Of a stretch of 32,000 nt of DNA, positions 30,296 to 32,000 are shown piece after piece. Made by a program: the position numbers and the translations under genes. Numbering within the stretch: the first letter of the stretch is position 1; each line of letters starts with the position of its first letter. Below the pieces are notes generated by a model that was not told the DNA's origin, searched no databases, and was given only the letters and a program-made list of their open reading frames with translations. Source of the stretch: Candidatus Saccharimonadota bacterium (GTDB lineage Bacteria > Patescibacteriota > Saccharimonadia > Saccharimonadales > UBA4665); assembly GCA_016700375.1 (NCBI GenBank), contig CP065016.1, forward strand, positions 210,001-242,000, read 5' to 3'.

Positions 30296-31177
30296 ATGTG
30301 GGTAGTTGCGCTCGTTATTAACCTAGTGTTGTTTGTGACATCTACACTCCTTCGTCGGCGTTTTGCACAGTCACACACTGTTCCGGCTAGCGTCACTCTT
30401 GCTATCTCTTATACTTTGGGTGTTATGCCCCTAAGCATTGCTGCAGGTTTTTTGTTTCCGCACAATATAGACTGGTCATATTGGACCGCATGGCTGCTGT
30501 TTTCCGCCAGCTTACTGGTAGCTCTCTTTATTTGGCTTTCGTTTATCGCCATACGATATCTGCCAGCCGCACTAAATCAAACCATTTTTCAGACACGTAT
30601 TATCGTAACCATACTACTTGGGTGGTTGTTTCTGGGGGAAGGTCTTACTGCTAACCAGCTTATTGGTGCCGCCTGTATTTTGGCAAGCGGTATCATTGCC
30701 GTGTGGGCACCGGCTAAAGCCCACCGCCACGGCAAAAGCACACACGAGCACCTTCTGAAAGGTGTATTTTTCACGCTTGCCTCTGCGCTATTTCTCGGAG
30801 TGGGCGTCGTCGTGGAAAAGGCCGCAATTCAGTACATGGACATAGGAGCGTTCTTTATCTACGGATTTGGCATGCAGTCGCTGTGGCTGGTGCTTCTTGC
30901 GCTGTGGGATTGGCACAAACAGCCCAGACTACAGCTTTCGCGGCAACTTGTGAAAGAATCAGTGCTTCTTGGCATGGTCGTCGCCGGGATTGGTGTGAGC
31001 TATTTTGCGGCTTTACGCGGGGCAAACAATGTTTCGCTTATAGCAGCACTTACCGCCACGGTACTCCCGCTAACGGCCATAGCGGCTCATTTCATACTAA
31101 AGGAGCGAGATGACGACAAACTCCTCTGGATAGCAATTAGCCTCGCCATAACAGGCGTGGTAGTTACTGCTTTGTAG
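30296..31177 (+). CDS. EamA/DMT-family transporter (about 10 TM segments)
   Basis: Hydrophobic throughout. ILLGWLFLGEGLTANQLIGAACILASGIIAV is typical of an EamA repeat end. Confidence 0.78.
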   Translation: MWVVALVINLVLFVTSTLLRRRFAQSHTVPASVTLAISYTLGVMPLSIAAGFLFPHNIDWSYWTAWLLFSASLLVALFIWLSFIAIRYLPAALNQTIFQTRIIVTILLGWLFLGEGLTANQLIGAACILASGIIAVWAPAKAHRHGKSTHEHLLKGVFFTLASALFLGVGVVVEKAAIQYMDIGAFFIYGFGMQSLWLVLLALWDWHKQPRLQLSRQLVKESVLLGMVVAGIGVSYFAALRGANNVSLIAALTATVLPLTAIAAHFILKERDDDKLLWIAISLAITGVVVTAL

Positions 31178-31203
31178 CACCTTACCTTACCTACTTGCTC
31201 ATG

Positions 31204-31650
31204 CTATTTCTTGTTGCGAATAAGCCGGATTTGAACTGCTGCAATCCGAGCCGTAGAGCCACAGCTTGGTTTCCCTAGACTGGTTGCGATGCGTGCACCC
31301 ATGTGGGCAAGCCTTCCGCAGCCAACGAGTACACTATATTTGTGTCTCTCTAACTGAGCTAGTCTATCTTCAGCCCACTTCTGTGTTTGCTCCGAAGACT
31401 CTATATCTCGCCTAATTCCTTCTTCGGACCACATGCCGTCCAATAACTCCCACGCCGGGAGTAATGCGCCAGAGCTCTGTCCGGTCTCAAATCTGTGTTG
31501 TTCTTCTATGAGTCGCATCCTTGCATCCATGGCACCTTCCTCAAGCCGTGCAGGACGAGTAGCCGCATGTCCTAAAATATCAGCAGTTTGAGCAATTTGT
31601 GCGTTCAGCTTAACCATAACCGGACAGTTCTCTGGACATGTAAATGACAT
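31204..31650 (-). CDS. hypothetical protein (148 aa)
   Basis: Long ORF convergent with the transporter gene. No motif recognised. Confidence 0.45.
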   Translation of the reverse strand: MSFTCPENCPVMVKLNAQIAQTADILGHAATRPARLEEGAMDARMRLIEEQHRFETGQSSGALLPAWELLDGMWSEEGIRRDIESSEQTQKWAEDRLAQLERHKYSVLVGCGRLAHMGARIATSLGKPSCGSTARIAAVQIRLIRNKK

Positions 31651-31740
31651 AGTAATGATTATAGTTCATAATAACTTTATTGCAAATTGTAATAACTACA
31701 TTCGAAATCCTGTAAGGAAGCGACTATAATTAGTTGAGCA

Positions 31741-32000
31741 ATGGGGAAGGCGTTATATAGGAAATACCGGTCACGGTCACTGAGTGAAATTGTTGGGCAA
31801 GACCATATCACGACCACTCTTCAAAACGCACTTAAATCGGACAAAATTGCTCACGCCTATCTTTTAACCGGCCCACGTGGGGTCGGCAAAACATCTATAG
31901 CCCGTATCCTTGCCCATGAAATCAATGAGCTTACCTATAGTGAAGAGCCGCATTTCGACATCATCGAAATAGATGCCGCCAGTAACAACGGCGTCGAAGA
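31741..32000 (+). CDS. dnaX: DNA polymerase III subunit gamma/tau, N-terminal part, truncated by the window end
   Basis: MGKALYRKYRSRSLSEIVGQDHITTTLQNALKSDKIAHAYLLTGPRGVGKTSIARILA. It is absent from the ORF track because it has no stop within the window. Confidence 0.9.
   Translation, partial: MGKALYRKYRSRSLSEIVGQDHITTTLQNALKSDKIAHAYLLTGPRGVGKTSIARILAHEINELTYSEEPHFDIIEIDAASNNGVE

Noticed and set aside
31651-31740. SRP RNA (ffs) upstream of dnaX, as in some Firmicutes
   Set aside because: The spacer is only 90 nt and AT-rich, and it has no conserved SRP domain IV-like hairpin.
1-32000. Alternative genetic code (UGA recoded, as in some CPR lineages)
   Set aside because: TGA ends ridA (21946-21948), glmM (27566-27568), the GNAT gene, the dCMP-deaminase gene and the four-helix-bundle gene at the expected protein lengths. 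Conserved genes contain no in-frame TGA.

Overview
This 32-kb window comes from a compact, tightly packed bacterial chromosome that uses the standard genetic code: TGA terminates ridA, glmM, the GNAT gene and the four-helix-bundle gene. No rRNA, tRNA or CRISPR array was found. Gene content and style resemble Patescibacteria/CPR, possibly Saccharibacteria, but I cannot verify that. (i) 1-6,550 is a visibly AT-richer accessory block made of displaced ('orphan') Rhs/YD-repeat toxin tips on the + strand. A ~177-nt segment encoding the end of the Rhs core ([27 protein letters not shown][I/L][34 protein letters not shown]) occurs four times, starting at 1198, 2269, 3472 and 5222. Each copy is followed by a different C-terminal tip: an HNH-type nuclease, an unknown PHYHR/RHRPWE domain, a small frameshifted domain, and a PD-(D/E)xK REase-like domain. 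Each tip is followed by a different small AT-rich ORF, presumed to be its immunity gene. A fifth, truncated core fragment lies at 6408-6546. Conserved non-coding junctions, tandem palindromic repeats and a MITE with a 9-bp target duplication punctuate the array. (ii) A membrane GT2 glycosyltransferase is followed by secE, nusG, an inverted-repeat-flanked four-helix-bundle (23S-IVS-type) gene, rplK, a small ORF, and rplA carrying a ~95-aa acidic N-terminal extension. rplJ-rplL lie 17 kb further on, behind their own promoter and a ~275-nt leader, and rpoB does not follow rplL. (iii) The intervening 17 kb holds upp, two MITE families and an IS200-type tnpA. It also holds a dTMP/dTDP cluster: a nucleotidyltransferase, a dCMP-deaminase fusion, a HIT protein, thyA, folA, and tmk fused to a degenerate ThyX-like region. 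This is followed by an AT-richer island of unknown genes translationally chained into ridA-ilvA, then tdh-kbl, glmM and a GNAT. (iv) 29.8-32 kb holds a hypothetical protein, an EamA transporter, another hypothetical protein and the start of dnaX. The best candidates for something new are the Rhs orphan-cassette array, including its junction repeats, conserved internal start and frameshifts, and a family of long inverted-repeat hairpin elements inserted inside conserved operons (nusG/rplK, rplJ/rplL, tdh/kbl).
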